The notes under the pieces: model-generated | The model's input: the letters and a program-made list of their open reading frames with translations, nothing else | Database searches by the model: none | Told to the model about the DNA's origin: nothing | Assembly (NCBI GenBank): GCA_035495555.1 | Contig: DATJFQ010000042.1 | Span: 75,893 to 139,892 of the forward strand | Direction: 5' to 3' | Length of the DNA: 64,000 nt | DNA from: Vicinamibacterales bacterium | Lineage (GTDB): Bacteria > Acidobacteriota > Vicinamibacteria > Vicinamibacterales > 2-12-FULL-66-21 | Part shown: in pieces, positions 52,454 through 62,861 of the stretch | Layout of the letters: the number at the start of each line of letters is the position of its first letter | Position numbering within the stretch: position 1 is the first letter of the stretch | Position numbers and translations under genes: made by a program

Positions 52454-53376
52454 CCCGTCAGACCTGTCTGGTCCTCGTCGCCGCGGCGCTCGCGGCGGTC
52501 GGTCTCGCTGCGCAGCAGCGGTTTCGCGCCGGCGTCGAACTGGTCTCGTTGACCGTGACGGCGACGGATACGACCGGCAAATACATTACCGACCTGAACC
52601 AGGACGATTTCGACGTTTACGAAGACGGCGCAAAGCAGCAGATCACCTTCTTCTCGAAGAGCCAGCAGCCCATCTCGCTGGCGCTGCTGCTCGACACGAG
52701 CGCGAGCATGGAAGAACGCATGGGCATCGCGCAGGAGGCCGCGATCGGCTTCGCGCGGCAGCTTCATCGGAATGACCAGGCCGAAGTCATCGACTTCGAC
52801 AGCCAGGTGCGCATCCTCGCGCCGTTCACCAGCGACGCCGCCGCGCTGGAAAAAGCCATCCGGTCGACGACCGCGAACGGATCGACATCGCTCTACAACG
52901 CCATCTACATCTCGCTCAAGGACCTGAAGAAGGCGCGCGCGGCATCGCCGGACGATATCCGGCGGCAGGCGATCGTGCTGCTCTCCGACGGCGACGACAC
53001 GTCGAGCCTCGTGGAATTCGACGAAGTGCTCGATCTCGCGAAACGCAGCGAGACGGCGATCTACGCGATCGGCCTGCGGCAGGGAGAGATCGCGCGCCGC
53101 GAGTTCAAGGAGGCGGAATTCGTCCTGCGGCAGCTCGCCCAGGAAACGGGCGGACATGTGTACTTTCCGACCGACGCACGCGAACTGCCGAAGATCTATC
53201 AGCAGATCTGGGAAGAGCTCGCCAGCCAGTACACCATCGCGTATTCCTCGTCGAATCCGAAGCGCGACGGCGCGTGGCGGCGGATCCAGATCCGGGTGCA
53301 CCGGCCCGGGGTGATCGCGCGCACGAAAACGGGCTACTACGGCCCGACCACCACCGCCTCATCAGAATCCAGATGA
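52450..53376 (+). CDS. VWA-domain protein (VWFA-related, acidobacterial type), secreted
   Basis: FRAGVELVSLTVTATDTTGKYITDLNQDDFDVYEDGAKQQITFF...LALLLDTSASM...TSLYNAIY. Confidence 0.8.
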   Translation: MTRQTCLVLVAAALAAVGLAAQQRFRAGVELVSLTVTATDTTGKYITDLNQDDFDVYEDGAKQQITFFSKSQQPISLALLLDTSASMEERMGIAQEAAIGFARQLHRNDQAEVIDFDSQVRILAPFTSDAAALEKAIRSTTANGSTSLYNAIYISLKDLKKARAASPDDIRRQAIVLLSDGDDTSSLVEFDEVLDLAKRSETAIYAIGLRQGEIARREFKEAEFVLRQLAQETGGHVYFPTDARELPKIYQQIWEELASQYTIAYSSSNPKRDGAWRRIQIRVHRPGVIARTKTGYYGPTTTASSESR

Positions 53377-54200
53377 CGATAGGGTCATGGCTTCCGGCGG
53401 TGCTGTACACGGCGGCGGCCGCGGTCTATCTGGCGAACTTCGCCCGGCCGAAGCCGGGGGTCGGCCGCGCCGGCACCGCGCTGCTCGGCGCCGGTGTGCT
53501 CGCGCACACGTTCCTCATCGGCATGCAGACTGTCCAGGCCGGGTACGCGCCGCTCGTCGGCACGACGGCCGCGGTGTCTGCGTTCGTGTGGCTGCTCGGC
53601 CTCGCGTACCTTTACATCGAGCTGTCGACCGACGAGCGCGCCATGGGCGCGTTCGTGGCCGTGCTGATGGCCGCGCTCGCGGTGCTGCCTGCGCTCAACC
53701 CCGGTGTCGAATCGCGGCCGCCGCTGCTCCGCAGCCCGCTGTTCACCATCCACGTGCTCTCGCTTCTCTTTGCCTACGCGAGCTTCGCGCTCGCGTTCGT
53801 GATCGGCATCACGTACGTGCTGCTGTTCAAGGAGATCAAGGCGAAACACCTGGGCTTCTTCTACGCGCGGCTCCCCAGCCTGCAGGCGCTCGACATGATG
53901 AACGCCCGGGCCATCGGCGTCGGCTGGGCGCTGCTGACAGCCGGCGTCATCGTCGGCGCGATCTGGGCGACGCAGGTGCACGCGTCGCCGGATCCGCGCG
54001 CGAAGGCGATGTCGTTCGCGGATCCGAAGATTCTGCTCGCGGTTCTCTGCTGGGCGATGTACACGTTCGCCTTCGTCGCGCGCGGCGCGATCGGGTGGAG
54101 CGGCCGCCGTGCGGCGTGGCTGTCGGCCATCGGGTTCGTCATCGTGCTGTTGAATTTCCTGCCGGTGGGATATTTCCTGACCAGGAGTCATAACTTCTAG
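53373..54200 (+). CDS. Cytochrome c assembly protein family (CcsA/HemX-like) membrane protein
   Basis: ATGA overlap with the upstream stop. Polytopic with a W-rich segment (GVGWALLTAGVIVGAIWA). Sits immediately before hemA. Confidence 0.65.
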   Translation: MTIGSWLPAVLYTAAAAVYLANFARPKPGVGRAGTALLGAGVLAHTFLIGMQTVQAGYAPLVGTTAAVSAFVWLLGLAYLYIELSTDERAMGAFVAVLMAALAVLPALNPGVESRPPLLRSPLFTIHVLSLLFAYASFALAFVIGITYVLLFKEIKAKHLGFFYARLPSLQALDMMNARAIGVGWALLTAGVIVGAIWATQVHASPDPRAKAMSFADPKILLAVLCWAMYTFAFVARGAIGWSGRRAAWLSAIGFVIVLLNFLPVGYFLTRSHNF

Positions 54201-55510
54201 TGAGGCTGTTCGCCGTCGGCGTTACGCATCGGACCGCGCCCATCGAACTGCGCGAATGCGTCGACTTTGCGCGCACCGGGGTCGACTCGGCGCTGCTGGC
54301 GCTCACGTCGAACGGCGTTGCACGCGAAGCGGTCGTGCTCTCGACGTGCAACCGGGCGGAAATCTATGCCGTCGCAGACGACGACCGGGCCGGCGAGGCG
54401 GTAGGGCGCTTCATCGGCGACTATCATCGCGTGCCCTGGGACCGGCTCGCGCCGCACGTCTTCCAGCACCGCGGGGCCGAGGCCGCCGACCACCTGTTCC
54501 GCGTCGCCGCCGGCCTCGACTCGCTCGTCGTGGGGGAGCCGCAGATCCTCGGCCAGGTCAAGGATGCCTTCGCCACGGCCAATGGTCTCAAGCAGACGGG
54601 TGCCGTGACGCACCGGTTGTTCAACACGGCGTTCACGGTCGGCAAGCGCGTCCGCACCGAAACAGGATTGGGCGAAGGCGCCGTGTCGGTGAGCTACGCC
54701 GCTATCGCGCTTGCAAAGAAGATCTTCGGCGACCTGACCGGACTCGAGGTGTTGATCCTCGGCGCGGGCGAGATGGCCAAACTCACCGGCGTCCACCTTC
54801 GGGCGCAGCGCGTCAAGGGGCTCACGATTGCAAGCCGCACGGCATCGTCTGCTGACGCGCTTGCCCGGCAGGTGAACGGACGCGCCGTCGCGTGGTCGCA
54901 GCTTCCCGATGCCCTCGCCGACGCGGATATCGTGATCGGCGCGACCGGCGCACCCGAACCGGTGCTCACGCGCGCGCGCGTCGAGGAGACCATGCGCCCC
55001 CGGCGCAGCCGCCCGCTGTTCGTCATCGACATCGCCGTTCCGCGCGACGTCGAGTCGGCGGTCGGCGATCTCGATCAGGTGTTTCTCTATAACATCGACG
55101 ACCTGCGAACGATCGTGAAAGAGAACCTGGCGCGCCGATCGGCGGAACTCGACCGGGCCGAGCGCATCGTCACCGAGGAGGTCGCGCGGTTCGCGACCTG
55201 GATGCAGTCGCGCGAAATCCTCCCCACGGTGGTCGCGCTGCGGCAGCGGTTCGAAGCCATCCGCCGCGCGGAACTGCTGCGCCTCGAACCGAAGCTGGCG
55301 GGGCTGCCGCCCGAGGCGAGGGCGCGGATCGACGAAATCACCCATCTCATCGTCGAAAAACTCCTGCTCTCCCCCACCGAGCAGCTCAAATCGGTCACCG
55401 ACGAGGCGCTGATGGTCAGCTACTCGGACGCGGTGAACAGGCTGTTCGGCCTGGCTTCCGACGACAGCGCGCCCGCGATCGACAGGCGCCGCGGGCAGAA
55501 GGCGTCCTGA
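54200..55510 (+). CDS. hemA: Glutamyl-tRNA reductase
   Basis: RLFAVGVTHRTAPIELRE, STCNRAEIY, GEPQILGQVK and ILGAGEM. Confidence 0.95.
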   Translation: MRLFAVGVTHRTAPIELRECVDFARTGVDSALLALTSNGVAREAVVLSTCNRAEIYAVADDDRAGEAVGRFIGDYHRVPWDRLAPHVFQHRGAEAADHLFRVAAGLDSLVVGEPQILGQVKDAFATANGLKQTGAVTHRLFNTAFTVGKRVRTETGLGEGAVSVSYAAIALAKKIFGDLTGLEVLILGAGEMAKLTGVHLRAQRVKGLTIASRTASSADALARQVNGRAVAWSQLPDALADADIVIGATGAPEPVLTRARVEETMRPRRSRPLFVIDIAVPRDVESAVGDLDQVFLYNIDDLRTIVKENLARRSAELDRAERIVTEEVARFATWMQSREILPTVVALRQRFEAIRRAELLRLEPKLAGLPPEARARIDEITHLIVEKLLLSPTEQLKSVTDEALMVSYSDAVNRLFGLASDDSAPAIDRRRGQKAS

Positions 55511-56457
55511 TGCCGCGGGTGCGGCTCGGCACGCGCGGCAGCCAGCTTGCGCTCTGGCAGGCGCGCGCCGTGGAAACACAGCTCGAGCAGCGCGGCCACA
55601 TCGTCGAAATCTGCGTCATCAGCACGTCCGGCGATCGACTCCATGACGCCTCGCTCGCGGGAATCGGCGGCAAGGGGCTGTTCGTCAAGGAAATCGAAGA
55701 GGCGCTCGCGGCGCGCACCATCGACGCCGCCGTGCACAGCGCGAAGGACATGCCGGCGTCACTGCCTGAGTGGGCGCTGGTGGGCGCCGTCCTGCCGCGC
55801 GAGGATCCGCGCGACGCGCTCGTGCTGCCGAATGCGCCCGCCGTGTCGGACATCGCGAGCGCCGTGACGATGATCGGCGACAGCCCGACAATCGGGACGA
55901 GCAGCGTTCGACGTATTGCGCAGCTCTCGATGCTGTTGCCGCGGGCGAGGTTCGAGCCGGTCCGTGGAAACGTGGACACCCGGCTGCGGAAGCTGGACGC
56001 GGGAGGATTCGACGCAATCGTGCTCGCCGCCGCCGGGATGAAACGCCTCGGCCTGAGCGGCCGGATCTCGGCTGCGATTCCTCCGACCGCGTGCATCCCG
56101 GCGCCAGGCCAGGGCATCGTCGCGGTCGAGGTCCGCGCGGACGACGAAACGACGCGCGCTGCGGTCGAAGCGATCAATGATGAGGAGTCCGCAGCCGCGC
56201 TCGCGGCCGAGCGCGCCGTCGTCCAAGCGCTGGGCGGCGGATGTCAACTGCCGCTCGGAGCCATCGCGACAATCGATGGCAGCGACATGGACGTGCAGGC
56301 GATTGTCGCGTCGATCGACGGCCATCGGAGCGTCAAGCGAGGCGCCCGCGGGCCGGCGAACCGGCCGCGTGATCTGGGGCAGCAGCTCGCGGATGCGCTG
56401 ATCGCAGGCGGTGCGGCGGCGATCCTCGACGAATGCCGGACAACCCACGACGATTGA
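55510..56457 (+). CDS. hemC: Hydroxymethylbilane synthase (porphobilinogen deaminase)
   Basis: VRLGTRGSQLALWQA, GGKGLFVKEIE, HSAKDMP and GNVDTRLRKL. Confidence 0.95.
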   Translation: MPRVRLGTRGSQLALWQARAVETQLEQRGHIVEICVISTSGDRLHDASLAGIGGKGLFVKEIEEALAARTIDAAVHSAKDMPASLPEWALVGAVLPREDPRDALVLPNAPAVSDIASAVTMIGDSPTIGTSSVRRIAQLSMLLPRARFEPVRGNVDTRLRKLDAGGFDAIVLAAAGMKRLGLSGRISAAIPPTACIPAPGQGIVAVEVRADDETTRAAVEAINDEESAAALAAERAVVQALGGGCQLPLGAIATIDGSDMDVQAIVASIDGHRSVKRGARGPANRPRDLGQQLADALIAGGAAAILDECRTTHDD

Positions 56458-56473
56458 CAATGGCGAGCGACGA

Positions 56474-58006
56474 ATGACCAAAGAGCCGTGCGTATTCATT
56501 GTCGGCGCGGGTCCGGGGGATCCGGGGCTCATCACCGTTCGCGGACAGCGCTGCCTCGAATCGGCTGATGTCGTGATCTACGACCATCAGGTGCATCATC
56601 GCCTGCTCAGGCTTGCGCCGCCCGAGGCCGAAAAGATCGACGTCGGTCCGGCTGCCCCGCGTCCGATGGATCAGGACGCCATCTCGCTCCTGATTGCCGA
56701 GAAAGCCCGCGAACGCCGGGTCGTCGTGCGCCTGAAATGGGGCGACCCGTTCGTGTTCGACAGCGGCGGAAAAGAAGCGCTCTTCCTGCACGAGCAACGG
56801 ATCCCGTTCCAGGTGATCCCGGGCGTCCCCGCGGCTGTCGGTGTCCCGGCGTATGCCGGCATACCGGTGACGTATCCGGGCGCCGGCGACGTGGTGATGC
56901 TGGTGCGGGGCCACGAATCGCCTTCGGACGCTCCGCCGGCGCTCCACTGGAGCACGCTGGCCCGGGTCGAAGGCACACTCATGTGCTACGCCGGCCAGGC
57001 GCAGATCAGCGCGATTGTGGAGGCGCTGCTCGGCCATGGCCGGGCGGGAGATGACGCGGCGGCACTCATCTATCGCGGCACGAGCCCCGCACAGCAGACG
57101 ATTACGGCGCCGCTGAGCGAGATCGCCTCACGCGCACGCGCGGGCGAGGCCGCCCTGTTCATGGTGGGCGCGGTGGTCGGCTTGCGCGAACACCTCCGGT
57201 GGTTCGACGATCGGCCGCTGTTCGGCCGGCGCATCGTCGTGACCCGGGCGCGCGAGCAGGCGTCTGAATTCGTGGACATGCTCGAAGAGCGCGGCGCGGA
57301 GGCGATTCACGCGCCTGCCCTTCGCATCGTTTCGCCCGAAGACGTCGAGCCTCTCGATGCCGCGTGCCGCACGATCGCTGATTTCGACTGGCTCGTGCTG
57401 ACGAGCGTGAATGCCGCGGACTATTTCATGCGGCGCTTGCTCGCGGTATCGGACATCCGCGAGCTGAAGGGCGTTCGTATCTGCGCGATCGGATCGTCGA
57501 CCGCGGAGCGCGTCCAACGCTATGGCATCCGGGTGGATCTCGTTCCGGAGGAATATCACGCCGACGCGTTGATGGACGCGCTGCGCGCGAAGGGGGATCT
57601 CGCGGGACGCCGATTCCTGATGCCGAAGGCGGACATCGCGCGTGAAGTCCTCCCGGACGAATTGCGGGCGAGCGGTGCCGAGGTGACGGAGGTGGTCGCA
57701 TATCGCACATTGCTGGCGTCCGCGGAGCGTGACAGCGATCAGGACATCTATCGCATGCTGCTCGACCACCAGATCGACGCCGTGACCTTCACGAGTCCTT
57801 CGAGCGTTCGCAATTTCGTGAAGATGCTCGGCGAGGAACAGGCCGTCGATCTGCTCCGCGCGACCGTTGTTGCCTGCATCGGCCCCGTCACGGCCGAAGC
57901 CGCGCAGCAGCTTGGCATTGCGACCGACGTGATGCCGGAGCGGTTCACGATCGCGGACCTCGTCGACGCGCTCGTCGACCGTTTCACGTCGCAGGTGCCG
58001 GCCTAG
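56474..58006 (+). CDS. Fused uroporphyrinogen-III C-methyltransferase / uroporphyrinogen-III synthase
   Basis: N-terminal VFIVGAGPGDPGLITVRG...LKWGDPFVF (CobA/CysG type). The C-terminal half resembles HemD (IVVTRAREQ...FTSPSSVRNF). Confidence 0.85.
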   Translation: MTKEPCVFIVGAGPGDPGLITVRGQRCLESADVVIYDHQVHHRLLRLAPPEAEKIDVGPAAPRPMDQDAISLLIAEKARERRVVVRLKWGDPFVFDSGGKEALFLHEQRIPFQVIPGVPAAVGVPAYAGIPVTYPGAGDVVMLVRGHESPSDAPPALHWSTLARVEGTLMCYAGQAQISAIVEALLGHGRAGDDAAALIYRGTSPAQQTITAPLSEIASRARAGEAALFMVGAVVGLREHLRWFDDRPLFGRRIVVTRAREQASEFVDMLEERGAEAIHAPALRIVSPEDVEPLDAACRTIADFDWLVLTSVNAADYFMRRLLAVSDIRELKGVRICAIGSSTAERVQRYGIRVDLVPEEYHADALMDALRAKGDLAGRRFLMPKADIAREVLPDELRASGAEVTEVVAYRTLLASAERDSDQDIYRMLLDHQIDAVTFTSPSSVRNFVKMLGEEQAVDLLRATVVACIGPVTAEAAQQLGIATDVMPERFTIADLVDALVDRFTSQVPA

Positions 58007-58060
58007 CGCCGCCGGACGGCCTGCGGCTGGGCGGCCGTTGCAGGGGACCGGTGTTTGACC

Positions 58061-59059
58061 ATGACTTCTACACACACGACGCAGTTTCGACTCGACCTTC
58101 GCCATCGCCCGAGGCGCCTTCGCCGTTCTGCGGCGATGCGGGCGCTCGTGCGCGAGACGCGGCTGTCACCCGAGAACTTCATCTACCCCTTGTTCGTCGT
58201 TCCCGGCGAGGGGCGGCGGCGCGAAGTGCCTTCGATGCCGGGCGTGTATCAGCTCTCGGTCGACGAAGCCGTACAGGAAGCGAGACTGGCGAACGCTGAG
58301 GGTATCTCGGGCGTGCTGCTGTTCGGGCTGCCCGACAACAAGGACGACGTCGGCAGTGCGGCGTTCGATCCCGAAGCGCCGGTGCAGAGCGCCGTGCGCG
58401 CGCTGAAGCTGGAAGTGCCGGACCTGCTCGTTGTCACCGACGTCTGCCTCTGCGAATACACCTCGCACGGGCACTGCGGGATCCTCATCGACGACGAGAT
58501 CGAGAATGATGGGACCGTCGAGCAGCTCACGCGCGCGGCGCTTTCGCATGCGTCGGCCGGCGCCGACATCGTCGCGCCTTCCGACATGATGGACGGCCGC
58601 GTCGGCCGCATCCGTGAGGCGCTCGACGCCGGCGGCTTCGTGAACACCGCGATCATGTCGTACGCGGCGAAGTACTGCTCCGCCTTTTACGGGCCGTTTC
58701 GCGATGCCGCCGACAGCGCTCCGGCGTTCGGCGATCGGCGCTCGCACCAGATGGATCCGGCAAATGCCGCCGAAGCCTTGCGCGAGGTCGCGCTCGATCT
58801 GGACGAAGGGGCGGACATCGTCATGGTGAAGCCGGCGGTGACGTATCTCGACGTCATCGCGCGGGTGAAGGAGGAGTTCGGCGTCCCCACCGCCGCGTAT
58901 CACGTCAGCGGCGAATACGCGATGCTGAAGGCGGCGGCGGCACGCGGCTGGATCGATGAACGCCGGGCAATGCTCGAGACGCTGACGGCCATCCGGCGCG
59001 CCGGCGCGGACATCATCATCACCTACTACGCTCGCGAGGCGGCGCGCGCGCTCGCGTAA
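58061..59059 (+). CDS. hemB: Porphobilinogen synthase (delta-aminolevulinate dehydratase)
   Basis: [32 protein letters not shown] and VKPA. ATG at 58061 is preferred over TTG at 58055. Confidence 0.95.
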   Translation: MTSTHTTQFRLDLRHRPRRLRRSAAMRALVRETRLSPENFIYPLFVVPGEGRRREVPSMPGVYQLSVDEAVQEARLANAEGISGVLLFGLPDNKDDVGSAAFDPEAPVQSAVRALKLEVPDLLVVTDVCLCEYTSHGHCGILIDDEIENDGTVEQLTRAALSHASAGADIVAPSDMMDGRVGRIREALDAGGFVNTAIMSYAAKYCSAFYGPFRDAADSAPAFGDRRSHQMDPANAAEALREVALDLDEGADIVMVKPAVTYLDVIARVKEEFGVPTAAYHVSGEYAMLKAAAARGWIDERRAMLETLTAIRRAGADIIITYYAREAARALA

Positions 59060-59069
59060 CGCAGGTAGT

Positions 59070-61472
59070 TCATTCCGTGCGAATCGCGACGAGCGGATCG
59101 ATGGCCGCCGCACGCCGCGCTGGCACGTAGGCCGCGGCGAGCGCCGAAAGGGCGATCAGGCCGACCGCGACGCCGAGCGCACCCGGATCGGCCGGCGATA
59201 CGCCGTAGAGTGATGCGCGCAGCGCTCGCGTTGCCGGCATCAGCGCCAGCGCGCCCGCGGCGAGTCCCGCCACGACCGGTGTCATCGCATCACGCAGGAT
59301 CATCCGGATGATGTCACCCGTGCTCGCGCCCAGGGCGACACGCACGCCGATTTCCGACCTGCGCTGTGCGACTGTGAACGAGACCACGCTTGCGATGCTG
59401 ATGATCGTCAGGCCGAGCGCAACCGACGCAAACGTGGACAACAGCCACGAGAGCGCGCGGCGATCGCCATATGTGCGCGCGAGCGCGTTGTCCAGCCGCT
59501 GAAGCGCCCCTGAAGCAACCGCCGGGTCTGTGGCGGCAACCGCCGCGCGAACTTCGGCGCCAAGGGCCAGCGGATTGGTCCCCGAGGTACGGACGATCAG
59601 GGTTGGCGCGTCGACGGCGAACTGCTTGTAGGAGACGTACATCTCCGGCACGGGCTCCTTCAGAGCGCCGCCGCGGCGTGTGTCGCCCACGATCCCGACG
59701 ATCGTGATGTGCTGCATCGGCGCGTCATATCCCACCGGGCTGACGTGCTTTCCGAGCGCACCCTCGCCGGCGAAAAACCGTTTCGCGAACGTCTGGTTGA
59801 CGACGAGGGTCATGCGCCCGCCGGGACGCTCGTCGGCGTCGAAGCCGCGCCCGCGCACGATCGGAATGCCCATGGTCCTGAAATAGCCGTCGCTCACCGC
59901 GGCAGTCGCGACCGGCGGCCGGTGGCCGGGTTCGAAGGGGTGCTCGTCGATGTCGATGTTCGGCGCCCAGCTGCCGCCCGTGTAATCGAACGGCCACGAC
60001 ACCGCCGCCGCCTCGACTCCACCGCGTGCGGTGACGGCTGCAAGCAGGCGGTCGGCAAACACGAGCGACGTCTCGCCAGACCGGCGGTGCGGTGACTGCA
60101 TCGGGACAACGAGAAGACGATTGGCGTCGATGCCAAGGTCCACCGACGCCAACTGCTGCAGCGTGCGCTGCATCAGCGACGCGCCGGCGAGCAGCACCGC
60201 AAGCAGTGCGACCTCGGCGGCGAGAATCGCGCCTCTCAACCGTCTGCCGCGCGGAGACGCTGGCTCACCGCCGCCGGCTGGACGAAGAACACGCATCACG
60301 TCGACGCGAGACAATTGCAGCGCCGGCGCCAGCGCGAACAGCGCGGCCGTGCCGATCGCGAGCGCGGCCGCAAACCCGAGGACGTGGGGATCAATGGTCA
60401 CGTCCGCGCTGCGCGGGAGATTGAGACCGGGTACGTTCCGCAACAGACGGACACACCACCCCGCCAGGAGCACGCCGCCGGCAGCGCCCGCCACGCCGAG
60501 CGTCACGCCTTCCGCGACGAACAGGCGAATCAGCCGCCCTCGATCTGCACCGAGCGCGGAGCGGATCGAGGTCTCGCGCTCGCGTCGAAGTCCCTTCGCC
60601 AGCAGCAGGTTCGCGACGTTCGCGCACGCGATCAACAGCAGCACGCACACGCCGCCACCGAGCATCCGGAGCGTGGGACGAATGCCGCCCGCGACGGTCT
60701 CGAGCATCGGTCGCACCAAGACCCCCATCTCGCGGTTGGACGCCGGATACTCAATCGCCAGCGACGCCGCAATCGCGCTCATCTCGCGCTGAGCCTGCTC
60801 GACGTCAACGCCGTCCTTCAGCCGTCCGACGACGCGGAAGCCGGGATGGTTGTCGCGATCCAGCTGGCTCGGCGAGAGCAGGGCGGGACGGAACGGGAAC
60901 CAGACGTCGACGTTGAACGGCCGCACGCCCGGCGGCAGGACGCCAATCACCGTCACGTCGTCATCATTCATCCGGGTCGTCTTGCCCGTGACTCCGGGGT
61001 CCCCGCCGAACTGGCTGCGCCACATCGCGTCGCTGATCACCGCGACGGACGCTGCGTGCGGGTCCCGCTCGTCCGGCGCGAACAGGCGTCCGAACTGCGG
61101 GGCGATGCCCATCAGCGGCAGCAGCGTGACCTCGCCGGTCGCCATCGGGTAGATTTCCCCCGCGCCGTGCCCGCCGACGACGACAGAGCCGATTGCATTG
61201 AAAATCGCGAGCTGGCTGAAGACGTGATTCCGCGTCTGCCAGTCGAGATAGTTGGGATAGGCCACGTTCCATGGCAGCCCGCGGCGTGTTTCGCCCACAA
61301 CCATCAGGCGATCGGGACTGGCGTACGGCAGCGGCTTGAGCAGCACGCCATAGAGCACGGCGAAGATCGCGGTGTTCGCTCCAATGCCCAACGCAAGCGT
61401 CAGCGTCGCCGCGAGGGCGAACGCCGGGTGAATCAGGAGGGCACGGACCGCGTACCGAACATCTGAAATCAT
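59070..61472 (-). CDS. ADOP-family duplicated FtsX/MacB-type ABC permease (orphan; no adjacent ATPase)
   Basis: 800 aa with two MacB_PCD-plus-FtsX halves. The N-terminus MISDVRYAVRALLIHPAFALAATLTLALGIGANTAIF is typical of acidobacterial duplicated orphan permeases. Confidence 0.85.
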   Translation of the reverse strand: MISDVRYAVRALLIHPAFALAATLTLALGIGANTAIFAVLYGVLLKPLPYASPDRLMVVGETRRGLPWNVAYPNYLDWQTRNHVFSQLAIFNAIGSVVVGGHGAGEIYPMATGEVTLLPLMGIAPQFGRLFAPDERDPHAASVAVISDAMWRSQFGGDPGVTGKTTRMNDDDVTVIGVLPPGVRPFNVDVWFPFRPALLSPSQLDRDNHPGFRVVGRLKDGVDVEQAQREMSAIAASLAIEYPASNREMGVLVRPMLETVAGGIRPTLRMLGGGVCVLLLIACANVANLLLAKGLRRERETSIRSALGADRGRLIRLFVAEGVTLGVAGAAGGVLLAGWCVRLLRNVPGLNLPRSADVTIDPHVLGFAAALAIGTAALFALAPALQLSRVDVMRVLRPAGGGEPASPRGRRLRGAILAAEVALLAVLLAGASLMQRTLQQLASVDLGIDANRLLVVPMQSPHRRSGETSLVFADRLLAAVTARGGVEAAAVSWPFDYTGGSWAPNIDIDEHPFEPGHRPPVATAAVSDGYFRTMGIPIVRGRGFDADERPGGRMTLVVNQTFAKRFFAGEGALGKHVSPVGYDAPMQHITIVGIVGDTRRGGALKEPVPEMYVSYKQFAVDAPTLIVRTSGTNPLALGAEVRAAVAATDPAVASGALQRLDNALARTYGDRRALSWLLSTFASVALGLTIISIASVVSFTVAQRRSEIGVRVALGASTGDIIRMILRDAMTPVVAGLAAGALALMPATRALRASLYGVSPADPGALGVAVGLIALSALAAAYVPARRAAAIDPLVAIRTE

Positions 61473-61494
61473 CTGACGTCCTCTCGCCCCGCCG

Positions 61495-62637
61495 TCAGAG
61501 CGCAGCGACGATCAACGTGGCATCGTCCTCGTATTTGCCGGCGTTGAACCGCTCGATGTCCGCCAGCATGGCTGCGAGCATCGCGTCGGCGTCGAGAGCC
61601 CGGTGACGCCCGGCGAGCTCGGCGACGCCGTCGTCGGTGAACTCCTCCCCGGCGGCGTTTCGGGATTCGCTGATGCCGTCGGTGTAGAACACGAGGCGAT
61701 CGTGCGGGGCCAGCACCAGCTCTCCCTGCTCATACGCGTTCTCGGGGAAGACGCCGAGAACGGTGCCGCCCGGCGACAAACGGTCCATCGAGCCGTCGGC
61801 CCGAATGAGCAGCGGCGGGTTGTGCCCGGCATTGGAGTAGGTCAGGCGCCGCGCCGCGACGTCGATGCGCGAGTAGCAGAAGGTCACGAACCGGCCGCTC
61901 GCCATGTTGCGGCACAGCAGCCGGTTCACGCTCGCGCACACCGAGGCCGGCGGGGTGCCATCCTGCGCGAAGGCGCGGACCGCCGCCTGCAGGTTCGACA
62001 TCAGCAGCGCCGCCGGCACGCCTTTGCCCGCCACGTCGGCAATCGACAGCCCGACGGCATGCTCGCCGAACGTGAGCACGTCGAAGCAGTCGCCGCCGAC
62101 GCCATTTGCCGGACGCCACGACGATGACAGCGTCAGGCCCGCGATGTGCGGCATTGCCGTCGGAAGGAGCCCGCGCTGAATCAGGCGAGCTTCTTCGAGC
62201 TCGCGCTGCTGTTTGGCGTCCCGGCGTTTCGACGCGCGCGCGTCTTCGATCTCGCGCTGAAGAATCTCCAGCAGCGCCTCGTCCTCCCACGGCTTCTGGA
62301 CGAAGCTCTTCGCGCCCCGGCGCATGGCTTCCACCGCCGTGTCGACACTGCCCCACCCGGTCATCACGACGATCGGCATGGCCGCGTCACACGCGCGAAC
62401 CTGCGGGATGAGTTCGAGGCCCTCACGTCCCGAGGTCGTGTCCCGGCTGTAGTTCAAGTCCATCAGCAGGAGATCGAAGCGTCCGGCGCGCAGACGTTCG
62501 AGGACGCCATCCGTCGAGTTGACGAACTCCGGCTCGTACCCTTCGCCCGTGAGGAGCCAGCGCAACGCCTCGAGGACGTCGGCCTGATCGTCTGCGACGA
62601 GGACGCGGGCTGAGGATTCCGGGCGGATAACGGGCAT
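61495..62637 (-). CDS. Response regulator with PP2C/SpoIIE-type phosphatase output
   Basis: Receiver (VLVADDQADVLE...LLLMDLNY...VVMTGW...QKP) followed by a PP2C-like region (VGGDCFDV..., FYTDGISE). ATG at 62637 is preferred. Confidence 0.8.
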   Translation of the reverse strand: MPVIRPESSARVLVADDQADVLEALRWLLTGEGYEPEFVNSTDGVLERLRAGRFDLLLMDLNYSRDTTSGREGLELIPQVRACDAAMPIVVMTGWGSVDTAVEAMRRGAKSFVQKPWEDEALLEILQREIEDARASKRRDAKQQRELEEARLIQRGLLPTAMPHIAGLTLSSSWRPANGVGGDCFDVLTFGEHAVGLSIADVAGKGVPAALLMSNLQAAVRAFAQDGTPPASVCASVNRLLCRNMASGRFVTFCYSRIDVAARRLTYSNAGHNPPLLIRADGSMDRLSPGGTVLGVFPENAYEQGELVLAPHDRLVFYTDGISESRNAAGEEFTDDGVAELAGRHRALDADAMLAAMLADIERFNAGKYEDDATLIVAAL

Positions 62638-62658
62638 GCTGTACATGCGCAGCACTGG

Positions 62659-62676
62659 GCAACAAAGCCTGTGCCA
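62659..62676 (-). promoter_or_regulatory. Candidate sigma-54 (-24/-12) promoter for the PP2C response regulator gene
   Basis: Minus strand reads TGGCACaggctTTGTtgc (consensus TGGCAC-N5-TTGC), about 20 nt upstream of the ATG at 62637. A sigma-54 activator is encoded divergently. Confidence 0.3.
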
Positions 62677-62861
62677 CGCCGCTCCTGAAAATCACCGCGG
62701 GTTTGGGCCTCACGCCCCTGTGGCGTCCCGCCAGCGGGACGCGGCGGTCGCACCAGCGCGACCGGGACAGCCGCGGTTTCGGCTCATGATTGAAAATACG
62801 CAAACTTTGGCGATCTTCATCCCGTCAAACAATGGCACGCAAGTGAATACCATCACCGGTC